A DNA stretch of 64,000 nucleotides from Burkholderiaceae bacterium (lineage in GTDB: Bacteria > Pseudomonadota > Gammaproteobacteria > Burkholderiales > Burkholderiaceae_D), in the NCBI GenBank assembly GCA_019745005.1, contig JAIETO010000001.1, positions 19,538 to 83,537 on the forward strand, read 5' to 3'. How positions within the stretch are numbered: position 1 is the stretch's first letter; every line of letters begins with the position of its first letter. The translations under genes were made by a program, and so were the position numbers. Shown in pieces: positions 39,685-51,110 of the stretch. The notes beneath the pieces are model-generated. The model did not search any database. It saw only the letters and a list, made by a program, of their open reading frames with translations, and was not told the DNA's origin.

Positions 39685-40194
39685 ATGCAAAACCATTTCG
39701 ATCTATTCAATTTGCCCCAACAATTTTCCATCGATTTGGCACAGCTTGACCGTGCATTTCGCGAAGTGCAATCGCAAGTACATCCCGATAGATTTGTGCA
39801 GTCTGGCGATGCAGAAAAAAGGGTTGCAATGCAGTGGGCAACCAGAGCAAATGAAGCCTACCAAACACTGAAAAAGCCACTGAAGCGCGCGCGCTATTTA
39901 TGTGAACTGGAAGGCGTGGATTTGCAAACCGAATCAAATACGAGCATGCCAGCAGACTTTCTTATGCAGCAAATGGAGTGGCGTGAAAGTTTTGACGAAG
40001 CGAAGAAGACTTCAGCGACGGAAAGTATGGATCGCCTTGAAGAAGAAGTTACATTAGCGCTAAAAAAGCAAATAGAAAAACTTTCATCCTTACTTGATCG
40101 AAAGGATTTTTTGGCTGCCGCAAAAGAAATTCGCGCGTGCCTCTTTTTGGAAAAATTTATTGAAGATATTGCTGCCGCCGCGGAGTCAGCCTAA
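39685..40194 (+). CDS. hscB: Co-chaperone HscB
   Basis: J-domain HPD motif, FLMQQMEWRE, and operon context. Confidence 0.96.
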   Translation: MQNHFDLFNLPQQFSIDLAQLDRAFREVQSQVHPDRFVQSGDAEKRVAMQWATRANEAYQTLKKPLKRARYLCELEGVDLQTESNTSMPADFLMQQMEWRESFDEAKKTSATESMDRLEEEVTLALKKQIEKLSSLLDRKDFLAAAKEIRACLFLEKFIEDIAAAAESA

Positions 40195-40278
40195 CGATCT
40201 AGCTGGCCGTTACCAGCGTTTGCTTTAAGGCTCGTCTCGTTTGAAGCGGCAAGAACCCACTACCCAAGAAAACAAAAC

Positions 40279-42144
40279 ATGGCATTACTTCAAATCGCTG
40301 AACCTGGCATGTCCACAGCACCGCATCAACATCGTTTGGCGGTTGGCATCGATCTAGGTACGACAAACTCTTTGGTCGCAACGGTCAGAAATAGCATTCC
40401 CGAAGTGCTTAACGATGAACAAGGGCGTTCGTTGCTCCCCTCGATTGTTCGTTATTTGCCTAACGGCCATGCAAACATTGGCTTCAAAGCACAAGAGGCG
40501 CAGACCAGTGATCCAAAAAACACAATCGTGTCCGTAAAGCGTTTTATGGGGCGTGGCTTGAAAGACATCGCCTATGCGGAAAATCTCCCGTATGACTTTC
40601 ATGATGAACCAGGCATGGTGCAACTTAAGACAGTTGCTGGCTTAAAAAGTCCGGTTGAGGTCTCAGCGCAGATACTTGCCACCTTGAGGCAACAAGCTGA
40701 AGACGCATTAGGCGACGATTTGGTGGGCGCAGTCATTACCGTGCCAGCCTACTTTGATGATGCGCAACGACAGGCCACCAAAGATGCTGCGCAACTTGCG
40801 GGTTTAACTGTTTTACGTTTATTGAATGAGCCGACAGCGGCAGCGATTGCCTATGGTTTAGATAATGCCTCAGAAGGTGTCTATGCGGTTTTTGATCTCG
40901 GCGGCGGCACCTTTGACATTTCGGTATTGAAAATGAGCAAAGGCGTGTTTGAGGTACTTGCCACTGGCGGAGATTCTGCACTGGGTGGCGATGATTTTGA
41001 CCACCGGCTTTTTTGTTGGATACTGCAAGAAGCGAAATGCGCGCCTTTATCCGACGAAGACACGCGCACTTTAATGGTCAAAGCACGCGAGGCGAAAGAG
41101 ATTTTATCGTCAAAAAATTCCACCATGATCGACGCGAAACTCAATTCAGGCGAAATCATACACTTGCAGTTAAGTGCGGAAGTCTTTAAAGAAATCACTG
41201 AAAATTTAGTTCAAAAAACCATTACACCCTGCCGCAAAGCCTTACGCGACGCGGGAATTACGATTGATGACATTGATGGTGTCGTGCTGGTTGGTGGTGC
41301 TACACGCATGCCGCACCTAAGAAAAGCGGTAGCTGATTTTTTTCAGACTTCGCCACTCGCCAATATTGATCCCGACAAAGTAGTCGCACTTGGCGCGGCT
41401 ATTCAAGCCAATTTGTTGGCAGGTAACCGTGCGCCAGGTGATGATTGGTTGTTACTCGATGTCATCCCACTCTCCTTGGGCATAGAAACCATGGGTGGCT
41501 TAGTAGAAAAAGTCATACCGCGCAATTCAACTATTCCCTGCGCGCGTGCACAAGAATTCACGACTTTCAAAGATGGACAAACCGCATTAGCCGTGCACGT
41601 GGTGCAAGGCGAACGAGACCTAGTAAGCGATTGCCGTTCTTTAGCAAGGTTTGAATTACGGGGCATTCCCCCAATGGCCGCTGGGGCAGCGCGCATTCGC
41701 ATCACTTATCAAGTTGATGCTGATGGTTTGCTCTCTGTCTCTGCGCGGGAATTGCGTTCTGGTGTTGAAACCTCGGTAACAATCAAACCATCATACGGAC
41801 TGACCGATGACGAAGTCGCAAGAATGCTTCAAGACTCATTCTCCTCGGCAAATCAAGACATGCAAATTCGAGCCTTGAAAGAGGAGCAAGTTGAAGCAGA
41901 GCGCATCTTATTGGCGACGCAATCAGCAATCGAGCACGATACTGCGCTGCTAACAAAGCCTGAGCTGGAAGCGATTCAAGCGTTAATGGAAAAAGTTCGT
42001 GTAGCAATGCATTCGGAAGATCATACGAATCTAAAAGCCTGCGTCTCTGCATTGGCTGACGGCACTGAAGAATTTGCTGCACGACGAATGGATCAAAGCG
42101 TGCGCACCGCCCTAGCTGGAAAAAAACTTAGCTCGTTTAGCTAG
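40279..42144 (+). CDS. hscA: Chaperone HscA
   Basis: [19 protein letters not shown] and DLGGGTFD. Confidence 0.97.
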   Translation: MALLQIAEPGMSTAPHQHRLAVGIDLGTTNSLVATVRNSIPEVLNDEQGRSLLPSIVRYLPNGHANIGFKAQEAQTSDPKNTIVSVKRFMGRGLKDIAYAENLPYDFHDEPGMVQLKTVAGLKSPVEVSAQILATLRQQAEDALGDDLVGAVITVPAYFDDAQRQATKDAAQLAGLTVLRLLNEPTAAAIAYGLDNASEGVYAVFDLGGGTFDISVLKMSKGVFEVLATGGDSALGGDDFDHRLFCWILQEAKCAPLSDEDTRTLMVKAREAKEILSSKNSTMIDAKLNSGEIIHLQLSAEVFKEITENLVQKTITPCRKALRDAGITIDDIDGVVLVGGATRMPHLRKAVADFFQTSPLANIDPDKVVALGAAIQANLLAGNRAPGDDWLLLDVIPLSLGIETMGGLVEKVIPRNSTIPCARAQEFTTFKDGQTALAVHVVQGERDLVSDCRSLARFELRGIPPMAAGAARIRITYQVDADGLLSVSARELRSGVETSVTIKPSYGLTDDEVARMLQDSFSSANQDMQIRALKEEQVEAERILLATQSAIEHDTALLTKPELEAIQALMEKVRVAMHSEDHTNLKACVSALADGTEEFAARRMDQSVRTALAGKKLSSFS

Positions 42145-42208
42145 TTTTTCCAGATTTATCATTAAGAACAATAGCCATTCAAAAAATCAAAATATCGAAA
42201 GCCAAATC

Positions 42209-42547
42209 ATGCCGCAAGTCATTGTTTTACCTCACCCCCAACTTTGCCCAGAGGGCGCGGTATTGCAAGTCCCCAGCGGAAAGTCTTTATGTGAGGCTTT
42301 GGTTGAAAACGAGATTGAAATCGAACACGCTTGCGAAATGTCCTGCGCATGTACGACCTGCCACGTACTCGTAAGAGAAGGATTTAAGCACCTCAATGCC
42401 TCCACCGATGATGAAGAAGATTTACTTGATGCGGCATGGGGGTTAGAGGCATGCTCACGTCTATCGTGCCAAGTAAAAGTGGGCGACGAAGATTTAACGA
42501 TAGAAATTCCTAAATACACAATCAATCACGCCCGTGAAAATCACTGA
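42209..42547 (+). CDS. fdx: ISC 2Fe-2S ferredoxin
   Basis: HACEMSCACTTCH and SRLSCQ. Confidence 0.96.
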   Translation: MPQVIVLPHPQLCPEGAVLQVPSGKSLCEALVENEIEIEHACEMSCACTTCHVLVREGFKHLNASTDDEEDLLDAAWGLEACSRLSCQVKVGDEDLTIEIPKYTINHARENH

Positions 42548-42707
42548 TGTCTGTGAAGTGAACACTCGGAATTGTCGATGAATTGCCATTAAAATAAAAA
42601 TAAAATCGGCTTAAGGCGCTTCCAATGCGAAGCCGAGGCTATACAGTGGTGTACTATAGAAACATTTTTGACGGGGCAATTGCGCCTCAATGTAATGGGG
42701 CCTTGCA

Positions 42708-44318
42708 ATGCAGTTCCGCGAACATTTGTCTGCAATTCGTACACGCGTTTCCCTGCGTCTCGCCATCATTCTCGCCGTAACTTTTGGCTTGGCGCTGCCT
42801 GGCTGTTTCATTATTCCCTACCACCTGAAAACCATTGAGTCGCTTGCGCGGGCAAAAGCTGCCGCCGACCACCGCCGCATGACCGATATTTTGTCTGTCA
42901 TTTTGAGTGAACCGCTCTGGCAGATTACGCCAGAAATCGCCGCCACCTCCATCGAAGTCGTTCATTCCGATCCGCGAGTGGCAAAAATATCCGTCATTAC
43001 CTTACCTGACCGCAAAGAATTTATCGTTAATGCGGAACGGATGGTGTCGCAAATGGGCCCGTTTCATAGCCTGAAGCAAGAAATAAAACACGGCGACCAA
43101 GTCATTGGGGAAGTTACGCTCACTTTGGCTGAAGATATTTTGCGCGAAGGGCTGGCTGAAGAGGCGCGTCGTTATATTTCGATTGGGGTAATTTCGCTAG
43201 TAATGGCGGTCGCATTTATCATTCTTGTCTTGCAATGGCGCTTGGTTAAACCCATTAATATTTTGATGAATGAGTCAGATCGCTTAGCGCGTGGGCAACT
43301 TGATTTTCCGATCGAGTTAAAACGGGCAGATGAGTTGGGGCATTTGTCATATAGCTTAGAAGCCACACGCATTGCCCTAAAACGTTCATTTAAAGAACTG
43401 GAAGAGAAAAATTTACAGTTGCTCGAGTATTCGACTACGTTGGAAATGAAGGTAAGGCAACGAACGCATGAGTTAGAGGACTCCAATCATCATCTTGAAG
43501 CGGCCTTGATGAATGTTCGTAGCTCACAGGACGAATTGGCTCGAGTGGAACGCATGGCAGCACTCGGTTCTATGGTCGCTGGTGTCGCCCACGAACTCAA
43601 CACACCTTTAGGAAATTGTCTCTTAGTGGCGAGCACTTTATCCGATGAAACGCGCAATTTTGTTCGTACTGTCAACGATGGTCCGATGAAACGATCCGAC
43701 TTAAATCGTTTTATTGAAACTGCCAGTGAATCAACCAAACTTTTGCTGCGGGGCTTGCAACAATCTGCGCGTCTGGTCGGTGATTTCAAACAGGTCGCGG
43801 TCGACCAATCAAGTGCACATCGACGTGAATTTTTCTTGGCAGTCATGCTCAATGAGTTGGTCGCGCTGCTTCATTCAGGCCTGAAAAAAACGCCCTACAC
43901 TTTGGCACTCGATATTCCTGACGATATAAAACTAGATAGTTTTCCAGGCCCACTTGGCCAAGTTTTTACGAATTTAGTTAATAATTCTGTGGCGCATGCC
44001 TTTGACGGGCGTACGCAAGGTCATATGCGGTGCCAAGCGCAAAAACAGGGCGACCATGTTCATATCGTCTTTGAAGATGATGGAAAAGGTATTCCTCAAG
44101 ACATCATCAAACGTATTTTTGAGCCTTTTTTCACAACGAAATTTGGACAAGGCGGAAGCGGTCTGGGGCTGAGTATCACGTTCAATATCGTGACGAATTT
44201 ATTGGGCGGCGAAATTCGTGTTTTAAGCACTTTGGGGCACGGTGCGCGGTTTGAAATTAGCATTCCTTTAGTTGCACCAGGCGTCGCGCCAGAAACTAAA
44301 GAATTACCCAACGTTTGA
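42708..44318 (+). CDS. Membrane sensor histidine kinase with HAMP domain; no adjacent response regulator
   Basis: AGVAHELNTP, NLVNNS, DDGKGI, FEPFFTTK and GSGLGL. Confidence 0.93.
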   Translation: MQFREHLSAIRTRVSLRLAIILAVTFGLALPGCFIIPYHLKTIESLARAKAAADHRRMTDILSVILSEPLWQITPEIAATSIEVVHSDPRVAKISVITLPDRKEFIVNAERMVSQMGPFHSLKQEIKHGDQVIGEVTLTLAEDILREGLAEEARRYISIGVISLVMAVAFIILVLQWRLVKPINILMNESDRLARGQLDFPIELKRADELGHLSYSLEATRIALKRSFKELEEKNLQLLEYSTTLEMKVRQRTHELEDSNHHLEAALMNVRSSQDELARVERMAALGSMVAGVAHELNTPLGNCLLVASTLSDETRNFVRTVNDGPMKRSDLNRFIETASESTKLLLRGLQQSARLVGDFKQVAVDQSSAHRREFFLAVMLNELVALLHSGLKKTPYTLALDIPDDIKLDSFPGPLGQVFTNLVNNSVAHAFDGRTQGHMRCQAQKQGDHVHIVFEDDGKGIPQDIIKRIFEPFFTTKFGQGGSGLGLSITFNIVTNLLGGEIRVLSTLGHGARFEISIPLVAPGVAPETKELPNV

Positions 44319-44444
44319 TTATACTGTGCCATGTATATTTTTGTAACGCCAATAGTGACGGGCGCAAAGACATATAAAATAGTTGTGTTTTGTAAGAGTA
44401 TATTCAGTTAATTCCGCTCCACCTTATTTCTTCTTTTTATTTTC

Positions 44445-45239
44445 ATGCACCAATACCTTGATTTCATGCGCCATGTTAAAAATACTGGCGTAAAAAAAAC
44501 TGACCGCACTGGAACCGGTACTTTGTCGGTCTTTGCCCATCAGATGCGTTTTGATTTGTCGCAAGGATTTCCTTTGCTGACAACGAAAAAACTTCACATC
44601 AAATCCATCATTCATGAGCTCATTTGGTTTTTAGCCGGATCAACCAACATCCAGTATTTAAAAGAAAATGGCGTGTCAATTTGGAATGAATGGGCGGATG
44701 AAAACGGTGAATTGGGTCCGGTCTACGGTTCTCAGTGGCGCAGTTGGCCGACACCAGATGGGCAAAAAATAGATCAAATTGAGCAGATTATTCAGCAAAT
44801 CAAGACGACACCAGACTCACGTCGAATCATTGTCTCAGCGTGGAATGTTGCGGACGTACCCAAAATGAAACTACCGCCCTGCCACGCGCTGTTTCAATTT
44901 TATGTCGCTGATGGAAAATTATCGTGCCAACTCTACCAGCGAAGTGCCGATATTTTTCTTGGCGTGCCGTTCAATATTGCGTCTTATGCCTTGCTCACGC
45001 ATATGGTGGCGCAGCAAACGAATTTAGACGTAGGTGATTTCATTTGGACGGGGGGTGACTGTCATCTTTACCTTAATCACCTTGATCAAGCGAACGAACA
45101 ATTGAGCCGCGAACCACTTCCTCTTCCAAAGCTCAACATCAAACGCAAACCAGCGTCAATTTTCGAATACCGATTTGAAGACTTCGAAATCCAAGACTAC
45201 CAAGCTCATCCGCATATAAAAGCGCCAGTTGCCGTCTAA
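44445..45239 (+). CDS. thyA: Thymidylate synthase
   Basis: [12 protein letters not shown] and [14 protein letters not shown]. Confidence 0.98.
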   Translation: MHQYLDFMRHVKNTGVKKTDRTGTGTLSVFAHQMRFDLSQGFPLLTTKKLHIKSIIHELIWFLAGSTNIQYLKENGVSIWNEWADENGELGPVYGSQWRSWPTPDGQKIDQIEQIIQQIKTTPDSRRIIVSAWNVADVPKMKLPPCHALFQFYVADGKLSCQLYQRSADIFLGVPFNIASYALLTHMVAQQTNLDVGDFIWTGGDCHLYLNHLDQANEQLSREPLPLPKLNIKRKPASIFEYRFEDFEIQDYQAHPHIKAPVAV

Positions 45240-45288
45240 TTTGCGAATTTACGGGTTAAAAACAACAAAGAAGTAAAGTTTAATCACC

Positions 45289-45768
45289 ATGTCATCATTT
45301 TCAATCATCGTTGCCACTGATAAAAAGAATGGTATCGGTATCCAGAACAAGCTTCCGTGGCATTTGCCAGAGGATCTTGCGCATTTTAAAAGAACCACAA
45401 CTGGTCATACCGTAATAATGGGAAGGAAGACGTACGAGTCAATCGGACGACCACTTCCCAACAGGCGAAACATCGTTCTTTCGAAGAATTTGAATTGGAA
45501 AGCGCCGGGCGTTGAAACATTTTCGTCGCTTTCGGAAATAAATAATTTACAAGATGATGAGATTTTTATCATCGGCGGTGCGCAGATTTACGAATTGACA
45601 TTAAAAGATGTGAGTAAAATAATAATTACTGAAATTGACGCAGACTTCGCGTGTGATGCATTCTTCCCTGTGACACCTCCATCGGAATGGAAAGAAGTTT
45701 CCCGCGAAACGCATTACTCTGAGATAAATCAATTTCATTTTTCATTTGTTACCTACCTAAGGAATTAA
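45289..45768 (+). CDS. folA: Dihydrofolate reductase
   Basis: LPWHLPEDL, IMGRKTYES, RPLPNR and IIGGAQIY. Confidence 0.97.
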   Translation: MSSFSIIVATDKKNGIGIQNKLPWHLPEDLAHFKRTTTGHTVIMGRKTYESIGRPLPNRRNIVLSKNLNWKAPGVETFSSLSEINNLQDDEIFIIGGAQIYELTLKDVSKIIITEIDADFACDAFFPVTPPSEWKEVSRETHYSEINQFHFSFVTYLRN

Positions 45769-45772
45769 GAAG

Positions 45773-46342
45773 ATGTCTGGACATGGCTTTCACGTTCACG
45801 GTCCCCACGACCACGAATTAGAACACGCTGCGCATAGCGGTGACTCATTCGCCAGTAATATTGCCGTAATGACAGCAATTATGGCAACCGTAGGTGCAAT
45901 ATTTGGGTTTCAAGGTGGTGCAACACAGAATGAAGCGGCTCTCTTTAAAAATGAGGCGGCAATTAAAAAGACCGAAGCGGCGAACCAATGGAACTATTAC
46001 CAGTCCAAGTCTAACAAACAAAATCTAGCGGAACTGGCATTGGTATTGCCGAATGTTGATGTTGCAAAATATAAATCAAAAGTTGAACAATACGAAAGCG
46101 ACAAAGCCAAAATAAAATTGGCGGCAGAGAAACTGGAGGCGGAATCGCTTGAATGGAATAAAAAGTCCGATGAGGCCTTGCACCAGCATCATCGTTGGGC
46201 GCAAGCGACAACGGCGTTGCAGATTGCTATTTCATTAGCAGCGATAACATTACTGACCAAGAAAAAGTGGTTACAATACACTTCATATGGTGTTGCAATC
46301 GCAGGAACGGGCTTAGCGGCTCTCGCTTGGTTTCACATCTAA
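45773..46342 (+). CDS. DUF4337-like membrane protein
   Basis: His-rich N terminus, QWNYYQSKS, a coiled coil and TM segments. Confidence 0.75.
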   Translation: MSGHGFHVHGPHDHELEHAAHSGDSFASNIAVMTAIMATVGAIFGFQGGATQNEAALFKNEAAIKKTEAANQWNYYQSKSNKQNLAELALVLPNVDVAKYKSKVEQYESDKAKIKLAAEKLEAESLEWNKKSDEALHQHHRWAQATTALQIAISLAAITLLTKKKWLQYTSYGVAIAGTGLAALAWFHI

Positions 46343-46357
46343 GGACGAGTGCAAAAA

Positions 46358-47161
46358 ATGAAGAAAATTCTCCCTATGACCATGCTGCTCGCAGCGTTCG
46401 GCGCTCATGGGCAGGAGCTTGACTACGCACAATTGATCCCCAACGTCGCCGCATTCAAAGCGACGAATTACTCTTTAGCCTACAACAACCTCTTCGACTC
46501 AACGATTCCTGGGGTTTTTGAGAAGGGCCCTAGCACCTTCCCTGTCTATAGTCCCAAATGGCAAAATGGTACTTTCGTAAGTACTTTGTCTGGCCTCGGT
46601 TACAACTTCTCGCGCGACCCACGTATTCAATTTGGCTTGAGGATGACGATAGAAGGTGCGCGCGATGAGTATCTAAAAAGAGACGACTATTTAACACCAA
46701 GGATTCGCAACGCGAATGACGCAAGTACATTGTTGGAATCAGGCGCTTACCTCAATTACTACATTAACCCTAATTACGCCCTGCTTTCGTCCATTAAATA
46801 CGGTACAGGACTTGATCGAAATGGTGTTTTCGTTAGCGTAGGTGGACAAGCGACGACAAAATTTGCGACTAATCACCGATTTACAGCAAGATTTAGCGCA
46901 AATTGGGCAAATGGTAGTTATTTGCAGTCGTATTTTGGCGTCAATAGTCTTCAGGCAGGTGCCTCGAATTTCGGGCCTTTCGCGCCGAGTTCAAGCTTAA
47001 CGGATATTAAGATCGGCGCGAGCTGGCAGTGGAACATTGATACGAATTGGTCTCTTACCACGGGCGCGTCATACAAACATTTATTTGGCGATGCCAATAA
47101 CTCGTTAAATTTCCAAAAATCTCCCATGACAATTTACTCGTCAGCGAGCTTCCGTTTCTGA
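46358..47161 (+). CDS. MipA/OmpV family outer membrane protein
   Basis: Signal peptide, YLQSYFGV and C-terminal FRF. Confidence 0.8.
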   Translation: MKKILPMTMLLAAFGAHGQELDYAQLIPNVAAFKATNYSLAYNNLFDSTIPGVFEKGPSTFPVYSPKWQNGTFVSTLSGLGYNFSRDPRIQFGLRMTIEGARDEYLKRDDYLTPRIRNANDASTLLESGAYLNYYINPNYALLSSIKYGTGLDRNGVFVSVGGQATTKFATNHRFTARFSANWANGSYLQSYFGVNSLQAGASNFGPFAPSSSLTDIKIGASWQWNIDTNWSLTTGASYKHLFGDANNSLNFQKSPMTIYSSASFRF

Positions 47162-47347
47162 GTGTCAGTCGTCGCTTAACGCCTACAACTTGACATCACG
47201 GAGAATCAGCAATCTGTCTCGTTCAACGTTGCTTTGTGACGAGAAGATGAAATCTTCTTTTTTTCCCCGGTTGGCGTCTTCATTTTCCCCAATTCGAGCG
47301 ACTTATCTGAGAGAATTCGCTTCTTTATTTTTAGTAAGTAAATCAGT

Positions 47348-47468
47348 GAGCCCGCTGCACAACTTACTGCGCGGCCGAATTTTGTTCCTGCGATGCTCGC
47401 TGTACACTCGTACAGGTGCGCTTCTCGAAGCAAACTTCGACCGCTCGCTACAGTTGTGCAGAGGTCTC
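47348..47468 (+). mobile_element. MITE family A, copy 2 (121 bp)
   Basis: GAGCCCGCTGCACAA / TTGTGCAGAGGTCTC with 5-bp direct repeat TCAGT on both flanks. Confidence 0.88.
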
Positions 47469-47529
47469 TCAGTTCAATTTGCTTGCGTATCGTCACTTAA
47501 TTGCATCAATACGTTTTTTGGAGACTCTC

Positions 47530-49800
47530 ATGAAATTTCGCTTTCCCATTGTCATTATTGACGAAGACTTTCGCTCTGAAAACACCTCTGGCCTTGGCAT
47601 TCGCGCCTTGGCCGATGCGATGGAAAAAGAAGGCGTTGAAGTTCTCGGCGTAACAAGCTATGGCGACCTTTCCCAATTCGCCCAACAGCAATCCCGTGCT
47701 TCGGCATTTATTCTTTCTATCGACGATGAGGAGTTTGGTGCAGGGACTGACGAAGAAAGCGACTACGCGCTAAAACCATTGCGCGCTTTTGTAGAAGAAA
47801 TTCGCTATAAAAACGCAGATATCCCAATTTATTTGTATGGCGAAACCCGCACTTCAAGACATATTCCGAATGACATCCTGCGCGAGTTGCATGGCTTCAT
47901 TCATATGTTTGAAGATACGCCAGAGTTCGTTGCGCGCCATATCATTCGCGAAGCGAAATCGTACTTAGATGGCCTTGCACCGCCTTTTTTTAGAGCGCTT
48001 GTGCATTACGCCAATGATGGCTCTTATTCTTGGCATTGCCCAGGACATTCAGGTGGCGTGGCATTTTTAAAATCGCCAATTGGACAGATGTTTCACCAGT
48101 TTTTTGGTGAAAACATGTTACGCGCCGACGTCTGTAATGCGGTTGAAGAGTTAGGTCAATTACTCGACCACACTGGCCCAGTGGCCGCTTCAGAACGCAA
48201 TGCTGCGCGCATTTTTAACGCTGATCATTGCTATTTTGTGACCAACGGCACCTCCACATCAAACAAGATGGTGTGGCATTCAACGGTTGCGCCTGGTGAT
48301 ATTGTGGTGGTAGACCGAAACTGCCATAAATCAATTTTGCACTCTATTATTATGTGCGGCGCGATTCCTGTCTTCCTAATGCCGACCCGCAATCATCTAG
48401 GCATTATCGGCCCCATTCCATTAGAAGAATTTTCAATGGAAAGCATACGGAAAAAAATTGAAGCTAACCCGTTCGCGCGCAACGCCAAAAACAAAAAGCC
48501 ACGCATACTCACGATAACGCAATCAACATACGACGGTGTTTTGTATAACGTTGAAACTTTAAAAGATTTGCTCGATGGCGAGATCGATACGCTGCATTTC
48601 GATGAAGCATGGTTGCCCCATGCGACGTTTCATCAGTTCTACAAAGACATGCATGCGATCGGCAAAGATCGTCCAAAAGCGAAAAAATCAATGATTTTTT
48701 CCACGCAATCCACCCATAAGCTGCTTGCCGGTATTTCTCAAGCGTCGCAAATTTTGGTTAGAGAATCTGAAACCGTCAAACTCGACAAAGACAGTTTTAA
48801 TGAAGCCTATTTGATGCACACCTCTACTTCTCCAAACTATTCCATTATTGCCTCTTGCGATATCGCCGCAGCAATGATGGAAGCACCAGGCGGTACTGCA
48901 CTAGTTGAGGAGTCAATTCTGGAAGCCCTAGATTTTAGACGTGCGATGCGTAAAGTCGACCAAGAATGGGGGCAAGACTGGTGGTTCCAAGTTTGGGGCC
49001 CAGACAATTTATCTGAAGACGGTGTCGGAAGTCAAGAAGACTGGATGATTCATGCCGAAGATGAATGGCATGGATTTGGAAAATTAGCACCTGGCTTTAA
49101 CATGCTCGACCCAATTAAAGCGACCATCGTGACGCCAGGATTGTCGCTTGAGGGTAAATTTTCCGACACTGGCATTCCCGCGTCAATCGTAACGAAGTAC
49201 CTCGCTGAACACGGCGTTATCATTGAAAAGTGCGGTCTGTATTCGTTTTTCATTATGTTCACCATCGGCATTACCAAAGGGCGTTGGAATACCTTGCTGA
49301 CTGCTTTACAGCAATTCAAAGATGACTATGACAAGAATCAACCAATGTGGCGCATTTTGCCCGAGTTCGCTGCGGCAAACCCACAGTATGAAGGTGCAGG
49401 TTTGCGCGATTTATGCCAAAAAATTCATGAGGTGTACAAGGCCAACGATGTTGCGCGTTTGACGACTGAGATGTACCTATCAGATATGCAACCTGCGATG
49501 AAGCCTTCAGATGCGTTTGCAAAAATGGCGCATCGCGAGATCGAGCGCGTATCAATTGATGAACTTGAAGGGCGTGTGACAGCGATACTTTTGACACCCT
49601 ATCCTCCCGGCATTCCATTGTTGATTCCTGGCGAGCGATTTAATAAGACGATTGTTGATTACCTCAAGTTTGTACGCAGTTTTAACGAGCAATTCCCAGG
49701 GTTCGAGACTGATTGCCATGGTCTAGTCAAAGCGGAAGTCAATGGTAAGCGCGGCTACTTTGTTGATTGTGTGCCTTTAGGCGGAGAAGTCGTCGAGTAA
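47530..49800 (+). CDS. Arginine/lysine/ornithine decarboxylase (PLP, wing-domain type)
   Basis: MKFRFPIVIIDEDF, WHCPGHSGG, HFDEAW, QSTHKLL and PYPPGIP. Confidence 0.95.
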   Translation: MKFRFPIVIIDEDFRSENTSGLGIRALADAMEKEGVEVLGVTSYGDLSQFAQQQSRASAFILSIDDEEFGAGTDEESDYALKPLRAFVEEIRYKNADIPIYLYGETRTSRHIPNDILRELHGFIHMFEDTPEFVARHIIREAKSYLDGLAPPFFRALVHYANDGSYSWHCPGHSGGVAFLKSPIGQMFHQFFGENMLRADVCNAVEELGQLLDHTGPVAASERNAARIFNADHCYFVTNGTSTSNKMVWHSTVAPGDIVVVDRNCHKSILHSIIMCGAIPVFLMPTRNHLGIIGPIPLEEFSMESIRKKIEANPFARNAKNKKPRILTITQSTYDGVLYNVETLKDLLDGEIDTLHFDEAWLPHATFHQFYKDMHAIGKDRPKAKKSMIFSTQSTHKLLAGISQASQILVRESETVKLDKDSFNEAYLMHTSTSPNYSIIASCDIAAAMMEAPGGTALVEESILEALDFRRAMRKVDQEWGQDWWFQVWGPDNLSEDGVGSQEDWMIHAEDEWHGFGKLAPGFNMLDPIKATIVTPGLSLEGKFSDTGIPASIVTKYLAEHGVIIEKCGLYSFFIMFTIGITKGRWNTLLTALQQFKDDYDKNQPMWRILPEFAAANPQYEGAGLRDLCQKIHEVYKANDVARLTTEMYLSDMQPAMKPSDAFAKMAHREIERVSIDELEGRVTAILLTPYPPGIPLLIPGERFNKTIVDYLKFVRSFNEQFPGFETDCHGLVKAEVNGKRGYFVDCVPLGGEVVE

Positions 49801-49856
49801 TACGAACGTGCTGCTTAGCAAGTCTTAGAGTTTCGTAGTGCCAGCCGCAAACTAAC

Positions 49857-49893
49857 AAGCATCTAGAAAGCAAAAATTTCTAGATGCTTTTTT
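49857..49893 (+). terminator. Intrinsic terminator
   Basis: Stem AAGCATCTAGAAA / TTTCTAGATGCTT followed by a T-run. Confidence 0.8.
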
Positions 49894-49980
49894 GTTGCCA
49901 ACTGTGATGGCGTACTGTGTCCCATGAAGATTTTCACGTTACAATGAATTCCTATCAATAAATAAACAAATGCGAAGCAA

Positions 49981-50904
49981 ATGACCGAACTTGATTCATT
50001 CACACCGATTGATAAAAGTAAAATTCAACTTGGTCAACCCTCTCCTTTTATCATCTATGACGCTTGGGGCAACGTACTCTTGGGTTTAGGTGCGCTTATT
50101 GAAACGCAAGAGCAGTTTGATAATCTCGTCGAAAACGGCTACCAATCTGAATCAGTGTGGGACAGCGTTACTCCTTTGGAAGCGGCAGTCAAAGAAGCAA
50201 ATAAATCAGCAAAAAGCAGTGAGACGAAATCTAAGCCGAGTGAACTCAACAAAGAGTCCATCATGTTGGATCTGGATAGTGTTCGCTGGCACGTGGGCGA
50301 GACTTTCTTTCTTCAGGTGCACGATAACGCCTTGATTCGTTACACGGTCAAACTAATTGGCTTTGTTAAAAATAAATCCATATTCGTGACGGCGCCAATG
50401 GTCGACGGCAAAGTTGCCTTGATTCGCGATGGTCAAACTTTTATTGTTCGCGCTTTTCCAGGCAAAAAGGCCTACGCATTCACAGCTTCCGCAATAAAAT
50501 CAGTCTTTTCGCCCCACCCGTATCTACATTTGTCATACCCAAAATTGGTGCGCTGCACGGCAATTCGGCAAAGTTCACGTGCAAGCGTCAAAATTATTGC
50601 GGCGGTGACAGTTGGGAACCCAGAACAAACAGCCGCGGCAACTTTGACCGATCTTAGTATGGGCGGCACGTCCGGCATCATCAAACGCCAACTAGGTACG
50701 AAAAATGACAAAGGCGTAATCAAATTTAAAGTTAACGCGGCGGGGAATATCGAATATTTAACGATTGATGTGATCTTGCGCTCGATATCGCCCACTGAAA
50801 ATGCAAACGAATTTCGCCACGGATTTGAGTTTGTGGATGTGCCCGCTCAGGCGAATTTAGTGCTGTCTGCGTTTGTACATCAAACGCTCGCTGAGATCGA
50901 ATAA
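49981..50904 (+). CDS. YcgR-like flagellar brake / PilZ c-di-GMP receptor
   Basis: PYLHLSYP, RxxxR (RQSSR) and DxSxxG (DLSMGG). Confidence 0.85.
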   Translation: MTELDSFTPIDKSKIQLGQPSPFIIYDAWGNVLLGLGALIETQEQFDNLVENGYQSESVWDSVTPLEAAVKEANKSAKSSETKSKPSELNKESIMLDLDSVRWHVGETFFLQVHDNALIRYTVKLIGFVKNKSIFVTAPMVDGKVALIRDGQTFIVRAFPGKKAYAFTASAIKSVFSPHPYLHLSYPKLVRCTAIRQSSRASVKIIAAVTVGNPEQTAAATLTDLSMGGTSGIIKRQLGTKNDKGVIKFKVNAAGNIEYLTIDVILRSISPTENANEFRHGFEFVDVPAQANLVLSAFVHQTLAEIE

Positions 50905-51110
50905 TTAATAAAAATTGCCAACGCAATAACAAACGCCTCATTTACGATGGGACACACACCAAAATTTGCTGTGTCCCTTGACATTATTTGCATGCGACTT
51001 ATCGTCGTCTTCGCGACTTACCAAAAGTAACAAATTATTCCTAGATGCAACATCCTGCTACATGCTAACGTAGCGGGGTTCCTGCAGTCTAATTTTTGAT
51101 GGAGACGCTC

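Noticed and set aside
47190-47561. ORFs 47190-47561 and 47206-47496, the N-terminal extension of the decarboxylase, and similar ORFs at 55054-55317
   Set aside because: They are read through MITE family A sequence; the real decarboxylase start is MKFRFP at 47530.
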